From Heterodontus francisci (Eukaryota): a DNA stretch of 64,000 nucleotides. The notes below the pieces were generated by a model that was not told where the DNA came from, did not search any database, and worked only from the letters and a program-made list of their open reading frames with translations. Location: NCBI RefSeq assembly GCF_036365525.1, contig NC_090387.1:60622592-60686591 (forward strand), given 5' to 3'. Shown piece after piece: positions 38,019-51,800 of this stretch. The translations under genes and the position numbers were made by a program. How positions within the stretch are numbered: position 1 is the stretch's first letter; every line of letters starts with the position of its first letter.

Positions 38019-38342
38019 GAACGGGGAACCCCCTCCCCACGCGCCAGCCCTGGAACACTCAGCTCCTCAGGATTCGATCATAGAACAGGGAACCCCCTCC
38101 CCACGCGCCAGCCCTGGAACACTCAGCTCCTCAGGATTCGATCATAGAACGGGGAACCCCCTCCCCACGCGCCAGCCCTGGAACACTCAGCTCCTCAGGA
38201 TTCGATCATAGAACGGGGAACCCCCTCCCCACGCGCCAGCCCTGGAACACTCAGCTCCTCAGGATTCGATAATAGAACGGGGAACCCCCTCCCCACGCGC
38301 CAGCCCTGGAACACTCAGCTCCTCAGGATTCGGTCATGGAAC
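38019..38342. repeat. Minisatellite, 5 near-perfect copies of a 64-bp unit
   Basis: Unit gaacggggaaccccctccccacgcgccagccctggaacactcagctcctcaggattcgatcata starts at 38019, 38083, 38147, 38211 and 38275. Confidence 0.97.
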
Positions 38343-38344
38343 AA

Positions 38345-38400
38345 CACGGCGCATAGAAATGACGTAACCATTAGTCGGAAGTGATCTCTGGCATTCTACA
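38345..38400. promoter_or_regulatory. Candidate bidirectional DDX28/DUS2 core promoter
   Basis: CRE/ATF-like ATGACGTAA (38359-38367) and ETS/GABP CGGAAGTG (38376-38383) between divergent genes, at the edge of a CpG-rich region. Confidence 0.7.
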
Positions 38401-38472
38401 TGTGTTTCTGGTGTGCGGCAGCTGCACTCTGTGCTGGGTCGCAGTTTGGTGTTTGCGTTCATTGTTATCCAG
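38390..38472 (+). other. DUS2: Probable non-coding first exon of DUS2
   Basis: Follows the ETS motif and ends at a strong donor CAG|GTGAGG (38472/38473); the start is inferred. Confidence 0.55.
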
Positions 38473-38939
38473 GTGAGGGCTACGTTTTTATATTTTTAAA
38501 TACTCCGCCTCATCGCTTTGTGCGTCAATGTTTTGTGCCACAATGGTACAGTGCGTTAATCTACACAGTAGGTCCTGCGCTTAATAACGATGTGATCCTA
38601 GTCTTGAGTAAACTGGGACCTGTGAATGGGATACGTTGAAGTTTGTGGAAATTTCCTATCTTTAAATCAACAAGTCTTTGTATTCTATGAAGCTAGCAGA
38701 ATTGATTTGTATGTAGAATTCTCTTTTTAACCAGTACTTGAAACTGACAGCAGTCTATCTTGAGCTGTCATCATTGAATGCATTTTAGAAGGGTTTTTTG
38801 TTCAGTGATGATAGCCAAACATAAAACGTTGCTGCCATTATTTAGGACAGCAGGTGCTGGTAATGGGTCTGCTGTTTGCATCTACACCCCTTCTAGACCC
38901 ATCTTTTGTTTCTTTACTTGGCCCATTACCCTGCTGATA

Positions 38940-39970
38940 TAATAAAAGCAAAATACTGTGGATGCTGGAAATCTGAAACAAAAACAAGAAATGCTGGATT
39001 CACTCAGCAGGTCTGGCAGCATCTGTGGAAAGAGAAGCAGAATTAACGTTTCGGGTCAGTGACCCTTCTTCGGAACTGACAAATATTAGAAAAGTCACAG
39101 ATTATAAACAAGTGAGGTGGGGGTTGGGCAAGAGATAACAAAGGGGAAGGTGCAGATTGGACCAGGCCACATAGCTGACCAAAAGGTCACGGAGCAAAGG
39201 CAAACAATATGTTAATGGTGTGTTGAAAGACAAAGCATTAGTACAGATTAGGTGTGAATATACTGAATATTGAACATCAGCAAGTGCAAACCTGAAAAAA
39301 ACAGTGGGTAAGCAAACTGAACAAACTAAGATGAAATGAAATAAATGCAAAAAAAGATTGTAAAAAATGTAAAAAGGAATGCAAAAAAAAAAGGAAGAAA
39401 AAATAACTAAAAATGAAAGTAAAGTGGGGGGCTGTCATGCTCTGAAATTATTGAACTCAATGTTCAGTCTGGCAGGCTGTAGTGTGCCTAATCGGTAGAT
39501 GAGATGCTGTTCCTCGAGCTTGCGTTGATGTTCACTGGAACACTGCAGCAATCCCAGGACAGAGATGTGAGCATGAGAGCAGGGGGGAGTGTTGAAATGG
39601 CAAGCAACCGGAAGCTCAGGGTCCTGCTTGCGGACTGAGCGGAGATGTTCCGCAAAGCGGTCACCCAGTCTGCGCTTGGTCTCCCCAATGTAGAGGAGAC
39701 CACACTGTGAGCAGCGAATACAGTATACTACATTGAAAGAAGTACAAGTAAATCGCTGCTTCACCTGAAAGGAGTGTTTGGGGCCTGGGATAGTGAGGAG
39801 AGAGGAGGTAAATGGGCAGGTATTACACCTCCTGCGATTGCAAGGGAAGGTGCCCTGGGACAGGGACGAGGTGGTGGGGGTAATGGAGGAGTGGACCAGG
39901 ATGTCGCGGAGGGAACGATCCCTTCGGAATGCTGACAGGGGAAGGGAGGGGAAGATGCGACTGGTAGTGG
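38940..39970 (-). mobile_element. Penelope-like retroelement, 5'-truncated, GIY-YIG domain plus pseudo-LTR with hammerhead motif (39041-39077)
   Basis: Open frame LPLSAFRRDRSLRDILVHS...CNRRRCNTC...VVYCIRCSQCGLLYIGETKR; inserted into an older Penelope-like remnant (ctgct repeated at 38931 and 39971). Confidence 0.9.
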
Positions 39971-41428
39971 CTGCTTCTTTGCCTTGTACCATCCTGCCTT
40001 TTGTCGTTTAATTATTCTGATCCTCCACCCTTCGTTCAATATCGTTCTTCAGTTCAACATGCACTCATGCAGGCTTTGTTCATCTATGTTGTTCTGCTTA
40101 TCACTGCCCAATTATGTTTGGCATGATCAAATCAACACTATATTCTAAATCATTGGTTGACACGTTCAAACTTAGGGACAAGTTTTCCTTTAAAAGCAAA
40201 ATACTGCAAATGCTGGAAATCTGAAGTAAAAACAGAAAATATTGGAAACACTGGAGTAGTAGCTACAAAGTGAGAAAAGCATTGTTAACAATTCAGGTCC
40301 ATTGGCTTTCCTTTTGCATCATAAATTGCTTAAAACTGGCAGTACCTCTTGGTTTTTGCAGAATAAATGTAACTTGTAGGTCTGTAGAGAGACAGTGTGT
40401 AAGGCAGAGTGTAATCCAACAGTTAACTTTTAGTTTAGGATGTCAGTAACTTGGATCACAACATCTGGTAATGTTAGTTGTCTGCGTCCACAGTTAATCA
40501 AAAGTTATCAAGTTATACATTAAGTTATTCCAAAGACTTGGGTACATTCTGATCCAAGAATAGGCAAATATTGTTTCAATCTGATTTAACATATTGTGGG
40601 TCACTATCTCTCCAGTATCAGTGGTTAGACTGTTAGTGAAGTTAACCAATGTTGTATTGGAATTGCAACAACCGTTTCTACAGTATATAACTCGTGAATG
40701 TCTATTCATAGTGGTGACTAACCTTTTCCATTGCTTTGATTCGTGTGTCATTGTTTTATTTATATCAATATTTTATTTTGTAATTTTCATTTTGTTTGCT
40801 GATTACACAGTTGCCCCCATTTTGTTCGTTAAATAACTGTTGACATAAATAATTGGTGATGTAACTATACAACGATATCCAGATTTTCAATTCAGAGATT
40901 AGATATTTTGTGTTTTATAGAAGAAGCTTGTTGCTAGCAGCACTCCTGTTGTGCAGCTTAGTAGTATTGTTTTGGGAAAATTAGGTTTCTCCAGTAAACA
41001 ACTCTAGAGCTACATTAAGCTGTTTGATATCAGTAAGCTCAAAGTCATGAATGTAAGTCAGAATGAGTCAATAAAATCGTTTAACTTGGGAGATCATTAT
41101 TTCTTACAGATGTATGCGGTTATATCTGATTCAGACCCCTTAATATTGCAAATACAACATTTCTTTAAGAAATAATAGTCGTGTGCAGCCTGCCTCTGTT
41201 TATATTAGCAGCTCCATCAGCTGCAATGTGCACATTGAAGCAACCTTTAATGTTTGTGGTATCTATATTGACTATTTCAGTTGGCAGACTTGGTGGGTTT
41301 GTTGCTTTCCCTGTTCAAAATAGTGTAGTTGGGGAAGGAGAAGATTGCACTTCACTATATATCACACTGGTGAAACACTAAACTCTGGTACTGGATGTTC
41401 AGTATGAAGCGACTGGGGATGTAGTGAG

Positions 41429-42401
41429 TGTTATGACCGAGGCATGAGCAATGCATTGTCAATTCAGTACCATCGCTCCACAGGTCGCAGTATATTATTA
41501 AAGTTTTCCCACCCAACCAGAAAACATCCAAATTAAACACTTTATTAACCCCCAGAATAAAAAAATACATCAAACCAGATATCTTTAGACAACAACAAAT
41601 TAACTATTTATTAATAAACGAAATCTTAATATTAAGATAAATTTATGTCCAAAGACCTTATAACTTATTTAACCTTAACCCCATGCTCACACACATGCAT
41701 TCAATAACTAATGGTTAACTGTTTTTTAAAAATAATGTTTTAAGAATTAGCTGTTCCTTAAGAATAAATAAATAACTGGGTTGTAAGTCTTTGTGGTTTA
41801 CCTTCCTGATGGGTGACGTTTCCTAGTGTAAAAAATAATCAGATGCCACTCGAAGTCTCCAGGCGGATTTGATAAACAGTCTTTATTTGATAGGTATTCG
41901 AAGCACTTCGGTTGCAGCAGGCATCACACAGTTCTTTAAACAAGGAGTATATTAATGGGTTCACTCTGATTTTAAACCCGGCAGTCTCTCAGTAGAAACT
42001 TCAATAACGCAAATGATCTTTTTCCAGGGTTTTTCTCTCTACTTAGGCAAACATGTAACTCAATGTAGTTTTTTGCTAAGAGGAATAGACGACAACTTCC
42101 TTCAGTATGCTTTGCTGGACTCACAACTGGTTATAGCTGGTTTTTATACACAGTTAAAAGTTACAGTACACAATGTGACTTCCCCACTCTCCTGCTGTTG
42201 CCTAGGTAACAGCTGCATCTACTGCACACACTGTTTTCACTGTGTCTTAAAGGTACACTGTTTTAAACAGAGGAGAAAATAAATAGTTATGTGACATGAG
42301 GAATCGGGAACAGTCCACAGATGGGTCTTAGAGGTTATAAATAATACAAATTCTTTCATCCATGGTAATTTTATAATAATGAAATCCTTTCACTTCTGAC
42401 A
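41429..42401 (-). mobile_element. Solo LTR-like element
   Basis: tgttatgaccgagg terminus (reverse complement of cctcggtcataaca); homology to 21650-21885; distal end uncertain. Confidence 0.5.
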
Positions 42402-42727
42402 TCTAGATTCATATCTAAGCTGGGCCAGATTTATTTATCCAGATGAAATATTGAGGTTGGAAATGACAGTCCATATGCTTTAACAATTTGTCAATCTTAT
42501 TTAATGTATGTGATTATGTAAGGTATGATGTAGCAGTTTAAAAATAAGTAATTGATTGGATACAGGTAGCCCCTTCTGAATATTGTTGTGTTTAGCGAGT
42601 AGAAGAGGTTCAAGATTCGGTATTTGTTGACTATTGCTTTGGCTCATGGTATGGTGCTCCGTTCCATTCTGCCTGCCGGCCTGGCCTAAGAAAACTGCTC
42701 AGTGCACAAAGGAAAAAATTACAAAAT

Positions 42728-43738
42728 TGTTAGGACCAGGTGAGGAAGGTGTGAGGATTTTTGCCCCTTCTCTGGTTTGACCACAACAGGGTTTATTCTT
42801 TTAACACAGTGATTTAACTTGCCACCTCTTGGTGCTCCTGTTCCTCTAATATATACTTGAAAATGAACCAATCAGACAGGTTTTCTTGAGTTTAAACAAG
42901 AAAGATGTAAGTTTATTAACCTTATCACTCTAAACTGGTTAAAATTATTAAAATACGTGACGCATCCACGCTCACATTCATATGAGAGGCACGCACGCGA
43001 ATAGATACAGAGGGGAAAAATAGAGTTGGGAGGTTGAAGGAAAGTCCGTAATAAATGGAATTTAAATAGAGTTTCAGTGTCCTTAGTTGAAGTTTAAGTC
43101 TTGAAATCCTCGCTGGGCCACGTGCACAATTCGGGCTTGCGTCTCTGATTCTGGAAGGCCGAAGAGAGGCTTTATTCGTCCTCTTGGTTGTTGCCTTTGA
43201 GGGCCTGTAGATTTGGTTTAGTTGCAGCCAAGGTTCGCCTGGGGCTTTGCTGGAGAGGGAGACAGGAGAGAGAGATGTTCTATCCATGGTGTTCAGTTAC
43301 TGTCTTCCTCCTTTCTGACGCACAATTCACAAACTCAGAGTTACACAGGCAGGTATGTCATGTGGCAACTTCTTTGTTTGAAAACAAGTTTCTGGAAGGT
43401 TTTTTTTTGAAATTCAAAGTTTTTCTCTCAAGCTGTGCCAACATACTTGGTAGGTGGGGTTTGGCTTTTCAAAATCAATGGGTGTCGAGGTTTTTGACGA
43501 CCATTATTGACAAAACCTATTCTAGGTCATTAAATCGGAGCGCACCTCTATTCTACCTAGACTGGGTAATTACCTCTGTCTCCATTCGGCCTTTGGCTTC
43601 TCATGCAAATTTGTGCATGACCATGTTCTGTTCTGCTTTTTAAAAGTTATTTTTAATGATGTGCAGTAAAAAGTCTCTGGCAATGTTCCATACGACAAAA
43701 TTAATATTTTCCATTTGGCATGTGGGATTTCCATCACA
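42728..43738 (-). mobile_element. Solo Gypsy-type LTR with 4-bp TSD
   Basis: TGTTA...TCACA ends, AAAT on both sides; homologous along its length to 48898-49893. Confidence 0.8.
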
Positions 43739-44539
43739 AAATTATTAAACAAAACAGTAAATACTATGTGAATAACAACTGCAGCCCAGTTAATTATTGG
43801 AATAATGTTTATATAAATTTTTTATATATATATATATATATATGGCACTTTCAATTATCTTAAACTAATGTGTCAGAAAAACGTAACCTGCCAAACATGC
43901 TGTTCAATGAGATATTACATTGTGAGCATCATCTAACATTTGCCTGCTGTGTCTTTCAGGTAGAGCCAGATTTTTTTGGGGGGTGGGGTGTGGGGATGGT
44001 GGTTAATTGAAATGCCTGAATATTTTTGAGGACTTTAAACAAAATCAGTCTTGAGGATTTTTCTATGTTCTGAGTGCAGGATAAGATTGCTGCTTTGAAA
44101 TTGCTCCCTGTGCTTGGTATTTGAGAGAAAAAATTCAAACTGGAATCTTCCATTTAATGCACAAGCATTAATGTTTTGCTCTTGCAGAGCTGCTTCTGTA
44201 CATTTTGAGAATTGACCATGTATGTGGAGTAAGTCTTAATACCTGTAATATTGGTTAGCAGTTAAAATTATCCTTGGGGCAAAGTCATGAGATTGCAGTG
44301 CTGTTTGCTTTCAGCCAAGCCATCAATAATTCCTTATTTGAGGGGTGAGTTGGACTTTTTCTCAAATTGGGCTTTAAAGCATTGTGATATGTGTCCTACA
44401 GCTGCCCTTAGGGGTCAAAATTTTCATGGACCAAGTTTTACAATTCTCCAAACCAGCAAAAAATATATACAATGACTGTCTGATGCTCAATGAGTTTATC
44501 TATTGAGCAGGCCAGAAAGGTGTCAGATTTGATTTTTTT

Positions 44540-45365
44540 ATATTCAGTTATGGGATGTGGGCATTGCTGGCAGGGCTAGCATTTATTGCTCATCCCTAAT
44601 TGCCCTTGAGAAGGTGGTGGTGAGCTGCCCTCTTAAACCGCTGCAGTCCATGTGGTGTAGGTACTCCCACAGTGCTCTTGGGTAGTGAGTTCCAGGATTT
44701 TGACCCAGCAACTTCTGACCTTACGATGGAGGGAAGGTCATTGAACCAGCTGAAAACGATTGAGCCATGGACACTGCCCTGAAGAACTCTTGCAGTGATT
44801 TTCTGGGACTGAGATGATTGACCTCCAACAACCACAACCATCTTCCTCTGTTCTAGGTATGACTCCAGCCAATGGAGAGTTTTTCCCCTGATTCCCATTG
44901 ACTCCAGTTTTGCTAGGGCTCCTTGATGCCACACTCGGTCAAATGCTGCCTTGATGTCAAGGGCAGTCACTCTTGCCTCCCCTCTTGAGTTCAGCTTTTT
45001 TGTCCATGTTTGGACCAAGGCTGTAATGAGGTCAGGAGTTGAGTGGCCCTGGCGGAACCCAAACTAAGCATCGGTGAGAACGTTATTGTGGAGTAAGTTG
45101 ATAACACATTCCATCACTTTGCTGATGATCGGGAATACTGACAGGGCGGTAATTAGCCAGATTGGATTTGTTCTGCATTTTGTGGAGAGGACATATCTGG
45201 ATAATTTTCCACTTTGTCGGGTAAATGCCAGTGTTATTGCTGTACTGGAACAGCTTGGCTAGAGGCGCAGCTAGTTCTGGAGCACGTCTTCAGCACTACA
45301 ACCAGGATATTATCAGGGCCCATAATCTTTGTGGTATCCAGCGCACTCGGCCATTTCTTGATATT
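44540..45365 (-). mobile_element. CR1-group LINE (second family), internally deleted RT fragment plus tail
   Basis: ALDIKAAFDRVWHQGALAKL...VLQGSV joined directly to SKSWNSLP...FKRAAHHHLLKGN. Confidence 0.8.
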
Positions 45366-46394
45366 CCACTGATCCAGTTGATCTCAGCAAGGGTAGGAGT
45401 ATGGATGTCGCAATTTGCCTCACCGCCTGTGGATTAGGGAAAGCGATATCACCCTGGGTTCTTGCTCATCACCTTTATCCAAGGACGCTTGCTGTAGGGG
45501 TGGGAAGATGTATATCGGCTAAGGACAAGATTGAGCCCATAGTTAAATAGCATGCTAACATGCACTGTGTTGGCTCATACCTCAATAATGGGACTTGGCC
45601 GAGGAATCTAAAGCTTAGCAATGCTGTGGACCCTCCCCCAGCAGCTCTGGCGATGGGAGGAAAACATTGAGAAAGAAAGTACACCATACGAGCCTGATGA
45701 ATCAGTGGCTGGGCATCAAAGATTCAAGTGGGGGAAACTGCACTGATCTTTGAAAGATGTTTTGATTTCATAACCATGATTTTCATTAATAATTTAGATA
45801 AGGCCATCAATGGAGCTGTTCTTAAATTTGATATGAAAATCTGCATAGGATTAGACCAGATCAATAGGCTGCAGGCTGATTTCAGTAGGACTGGGGGCTG
45901 AACTTGTCATTCCATATGGACCAGTGTCATGGATTCAGGGTTGAGAAACTCCAGGCATGTTTATATCTTACAGGGTTATCTGTTAAAGTAACAGAATGTC
46001 ACAACTTTTAGGGTGGTCTTAGATATTCTGTGAGTACAGTGGTTTTGATCTCTACCATAAGCAGTTTGAGCACCTTACATTCAGGGACTGCGCAATATCT
46101 AATAATATGATAGTGTAACCCAGGCATGTAATAATAGGGAGCCTGTTGTAATCCAAACTAGATATTGGCATTCTCACTGCTACAGACTTTCTGAAGGCAG
46201 ACTGGAAACCCAGTCATGAGATATAGCCAGAAACAAATCATTAAGCTGCTTTATTTGCAGACAGCTTATCCAAAGCTCTGCTTCCTGCTCGCTCCTCACC
46301 CCTGTCAGAGATATGGAAAGGCAGGTTGTGACATCCCGGGTGCTTAGTCTATATTCGAACAGAAAAACCCAAAGTTCTTTTAACTTGTCTTTTC

Positions 46395-47069
<675 letters not shown>

Positions 47070-47678
47070 TAGTTTATAGGGGTAACATTTAGCATTGCCT
47101 ACAGTAGAGATTTGCAACAAGTACCTGTCATGTTTTCGACATTAGAAGCCCATGATTGTTGTTCTAGTTGTGAATTACAACCTTTGATGAGCATTTAAGA
47201 TTCAGACCAACTGTTTCCATGTCATTATGTCAAATGATAAACTAATAAACTGAAGTGGATGAGAATGTTTTCCATGTCGAGGATCTAATACAGAAAGTGC
47301 TAGAAACACAAGGCAGGTTCGTCAGCATTTGTAAAGAGTAAAGACAGGTTGTGACATTCAGGCGTTTAGTCGATAACAAAACAGAAGCTTGTCTTCTGTC
47401 TACAGATGCTGCCTGGCCTGCTGTACATTTCTGCTACTTTCTGTTTGCAGATTGCTGGCATTTTCTTTATTTTTCCTTGTCAATTGTGAAAGTGTTGGTT
47501 CGATGGTTTCTATCAAAGTAGGTTATAATCTAAGCCTGAAAATTGGGATCAGTGAGCTGGTTTAGTTGAACAGGTTACGTTTTGGATACGTGATGATTCT
47601 GAAAGGACACTTATCTAAGGAGAACAAAATCCAGATATAAATGCTGCATTGAGCCTAGGGGAACTGGTTTATATGAAG

Positions 47679-47839
47679 GAAATACTGAGCACGTCACCAG
47701 GCATCTGATGAAAGGTCACAGACCAGAAACGTAAACTCTGATTCTCTCTCCACAGATGCTGCAAGACCTGCTGAGTATTTCCAGCACTTTGTTTTTATTT
47801 CAGATTTCCAGCATCTGCAGTATTTTACTTTTATTTTGA
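47679..47839. mobile_element. Penelope-terminus insertion with short inverted arm and hammerhead motif
   Basis: CTGATGA-aa-GGTC aca GACC-a-GAAAC-GTA-aact; TSD tttatatgaag / tttctatgaag (1 mismatch). Confidence 0.7.
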
Positions 47840-47869
47840 TTTCTATGAAGTGTTGGTTGGAGAGATTTC

Positions 47870-48750
47870 AACAACAGTTTATATTTATATCGTGTTTTTA
47901 ACATCATAAAATGCTCCAAGGCACTTTACAGGAGCATTATAAACAGAATCTGACACTGAGCCACAAAAGGAGTTATTGGGTCAGATGACCAAAAGCTTGG
48001 TCAAAGGGGCAGGTTTTAAGGAGCGTCTTAAAGGGAGAAAGCGCGGTAGAGAAGGGGAGAGGTATAGGGAAGGTATTCCAGAGCTTGGGGCCGAGGCAAC
48101 TGAAGGAGCAACCATCAGTGGTGGAGGGATTAATATCAGGGCTGCATAAGAGGCCAGAATTAGAGGAGCGCATATTTTTTTTTAGTTTTAGTTTTTAATT
48201 TTAGAGATACAGCACTGAAACAGGCCCTTCGGCCCACCGAGTCTGTGCCGACCATCAACCACCCATTTATACTAATCCTACACTAATTCCATATTCCTAC
48301 CACATCCCCACCTGTCCCTATATATCCCTACCACCTACCTATACTAGGGGCAATTTATAATGGCCAATTTACCTATCAACCTGCAAGTCTTTGGCATGTG
48401 GGAGGAAACTGGAGCACCCGGAGGAAACCCACGCAGACACAGGGAGAACTTGCAAACTCCACACAGGCAGTACCCAGAATTGAACCCGGGTCGCTGGAAC
48501 TGTGAGGCTGCGGTGTTAACCACTGCGCCACTGTGTGCATATATCTTGGAGGGTTGTGGGGCTGGAGGAATTAGAGATAGGGAAGGGCAAGTCCATGGAG
48601 GGATTTGAAAACCAGAATGAGAATTTTAAAATCAAGCAATTACTTGACTGGGAATGTCAATGTGGGTCAGCAAACACAGGGGTGATAGGGGAACAGGACT
48701 TAGTGTGAGTTAAGACAGCAGAGTTTTGGATGACTTCAAGTTTATGGACA
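47870..48750 (-). mobile_element. L2-clade LINE 3' end interrupted by an HE1 SINE (48176-48536)
   Basis: FSCLGPKLWNTFP...FKTLLKT..FDQAF; full SINE flanked by gcatat. Confidence 0.8.
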
Positions 48751-48897
48751 CAAAGTTTTCATAGACAAGGACATTTATCCTATCCTAGCCTCAAATGTAA
48801 AAGGTTTTACACTTGACAAGAAGTAGTGGACTTCCCAGATGCTATAATGATGTCTTGACAGTTGTATTTATGTGTGCACATTTTGATTCTAAAATAA

Positions 48898-51800
48898 TGT
48901 TATGACTGGGTGAGGAAGGAGTCTCAGGCTCCCCTCTTGCCCCTTTCCTGGTTTTGCTGTAACAGGGTTTGTCTTTTAAAAAGATTTTAGCTGACCATCT
49001 CAGTGAGCCTTTGCTCACTGCTCTCCGATTGTAACTGCAAATGAACAAATCAGACAGGTTTTCTTAGGTTTAAGCAAGAAAGATGTAAGTTTATTGGCCT
49101 TATTACTCTAATCCGGTTAAAATTATTAAAATACGCAATAGAACCACGCTAGCATGCATATGAGAGAAACACACACACAAATAGATACAGAGGGGATGAA
49201 AGAATTGTGGGGGAGGGGGTTGAAGTAGAGTTTGTAATAATTGGAATTCAGCTACTGGGTGGTAATGTCCTCGATACAATGTCCTCAATTGAGAGTTAAG
49301 GTCTTGGAGTCCTCACTGGGCTTCAGTGCACAATTTCAAGCTTGCTTCTCTGGTACCAGAAGGTTGAAGAGAGGCTTTGTGTGTAGTCTTGAAGCGTAGA
49401 AGCTGCCACCGTGGTATTCCTGGGACTTAGCTAGAGAGAGAGAGAGACCTTCCTTCTCCTTGGTTTTCAAATTGCAGTCTGATTCCTTTCTGTGAGGCAT
49501 AATTCAAAAAGCCCTGGTCTGGCCAGCAGGCAGGTCATGTGACCCTCTCTGTTCGAAACAGCAGCTTCTGGGAGGATTGTTAATTTCAAAGTTTTCCAGA
49601 CACACTCGGTGGGGGGTGGTGTTTTGGCTCTTACACAGACAAAGGATGTTGATCATTACTATTGCCCAGACCAATCTCGCTAACTGAATCAGTGAGCACT
49701 CCCATTGTCTGTCTGTTCAACTGTCTCGCAGCTAGTCCTCGTCTTCTCAGAATATAAATGTGCAGCCATGTTTTCAGCTGGTCAGTTCTGTTTTTTAAAC
49801 AAGTTCTTTGCAACGTCCAGCAAAAAGTTTCAAGTCGTGTCCCATATGATGAAATTAATATGTTTCCATTTAGCAGGTGTGATTTCTGTCACACCGCCAC
49901 CCCTCGCCGAATGAAAGGTGATTTGAGGAGCATTTCATTACAAGTTGGAAGGAAGAGAAAATACAGGAAACCACACACGCATTTCTACCATACATTCTCA
50001 TTCAGTCAGAAATCTTAAAATTGTTTCAGCCTGTCTTTCCATTGTAGCAGTGCTGCTTTAAATTGTCCCTTTTTCCCTGAGGTGGATCTGCGATAGTTAT
50101 GTGTTCCCCAAGGGAATGGGCATCCCAATAAACATGTGATTTTTGGGGAGGTTTGATGTTTGCATTTTTCCATAATTGTCTAGGTTGCCTTTTTCCCTTT
50201 TGTGGTCTGCGGGAAGATTGTTAGGTTGCATTGGCTCTGAGTTTGAGCTCTGATCATGGGAGTCTGCAGTGGGTGGATGCACTCTGACCTCACTTTCAGT
50301 GCTCTGGTGAGTCATCCAAGTGCTGCTTACTTCAGGGTATTATGGGTTCCCTTTTCTCCTGTCTGTGGGGGAGGATTCTTTGCTAATCTTCCCTTTATCC
50401 TCTGGGACATTCCTGCTATAGGCATTTGTCTAGATTCCACTGCACTCCCCTGCAGCACTTTGACTAGGTGAGGCATCACCCTCACTGTTTCTCTGCCCTC
50501 TTGACTTTCTTTGTCCCTGCAGGTCTCTGCAAATGCCGTTAGCAGCCCTAGTAGTGTGCTTCTGTTGTCTGTATTTACAAAGGAAGATGTGTGGGGTCTA
50601 ATTCTTCCAACATTTCCGGGTTAGCTAACCGAGCATTAGGGCTTTTCATTTAGAATCCACCCGGACCTCTTTTAACCTGTCCTTTTTGTCCCCCTCCTCT
50701 CTAACTCTCACCCAGACCTTTGCCTGTCTGTCCCCTTTTGTTCTCGGCAGGGGTCCCTTACAGTTCAGCAGCCCTCTGCTGGAGGGTCCTCCAAACGTTA
50801 GTGCAGGACTTAGGGGTACAGATTTCACTGCAGGTTGGGGTTTCCCCTCAACCTGGCACATCTTTGTGGAGTTTTGGCTAGTCATACTGCTGTCTTATGC
50901 GGGCTTTGGCTTTTCGTATACCGACATGTAGACCCACTAGCCGTCCATGTCTTCACTTTAAAGACGTCTGCAAACGCGACATGAAGTCCTGTGACATTGA
51001 TCACAAGTCGTGGGAGTCAGTTGCCTGTGATTGCCAGAGCTGGCGGACAGCCCTAAAGGCGGGGCTAAAGAGTGGCGAGTCGAAGAGACTTAGCAGTTGG
51101 CAGGAAAAAAGACAAGCGCAAGGGGAGAGCCAACTGTGTAACAGGCCCGACAACCAATTTTTTCTGCAGCGCCTGTGGAAGAGTCTGTCACTCTAGAATT
51201 GGCCTTTATAGCCACTCCAGGCGCTGCTTCACAAACCACTGACCACCCCCAGGCGCTTATCCATTGTGTTCTGGAGACAAGGAGGCCAAGGAAGAAGAAG
51301 AAGATACCGACATGTACAGCCATTGTAATCTAATGGGCCATTTTTAATATTTCTCTCCAGTACCTCTGTGGCACCACGAACTGGTGAACCACTGTCCACT
51401 CTTAAGGTCTGTGAGGAGAATTCCATTTCCTCATCAGTACCTCGTTCTTTAAATAGTAGCAATCAGGGACTCCCTGTGCTTCAATTTCAGTTTGGGCAGC
51501 CTGTGCTAACTCTCTCAATACTGGGTCCGCTCACTGAGCCTCAACTAAGGAAGGTTCATTTAATCCATTCCCTGGGTCCTCTAACTTTCCAAAGAAAGTT
51601 TCAGATAGACCGACAGCATGGTCATCTGTCTGCAGGGCTAATTCTGGGGGAGCTGGTTTGGCCATGGCCTGATTCACCACACATTCAGGGGAACTTCAGA
51701 GGACCATCTCCTGCCGCTGCCCTGTCTCCTTGACCTTCTTTGGTCTCTCTCTCACTGCTGGGGAAGCTATCACCTTCGTCCCCGCCAGATCATTACCTAG

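Noticed and set aside
36440-38083. Long plus-strand ORFs (114-202 aa) overlapping DDX28
   Set aside because: Antisense shadows of a GC-rich coding sequence with no recognisable domains
38019-38342. CRISPR-like array
   Set aside because: Units are contiguous and identical with no unique spacers, there are no cas genes, and the context is vertebrate
43822-43842. (TA)n, and (TG)n at 21577 and (GA)n at 22993
   Set aside because: Ordinary short microsatellites with no further structure
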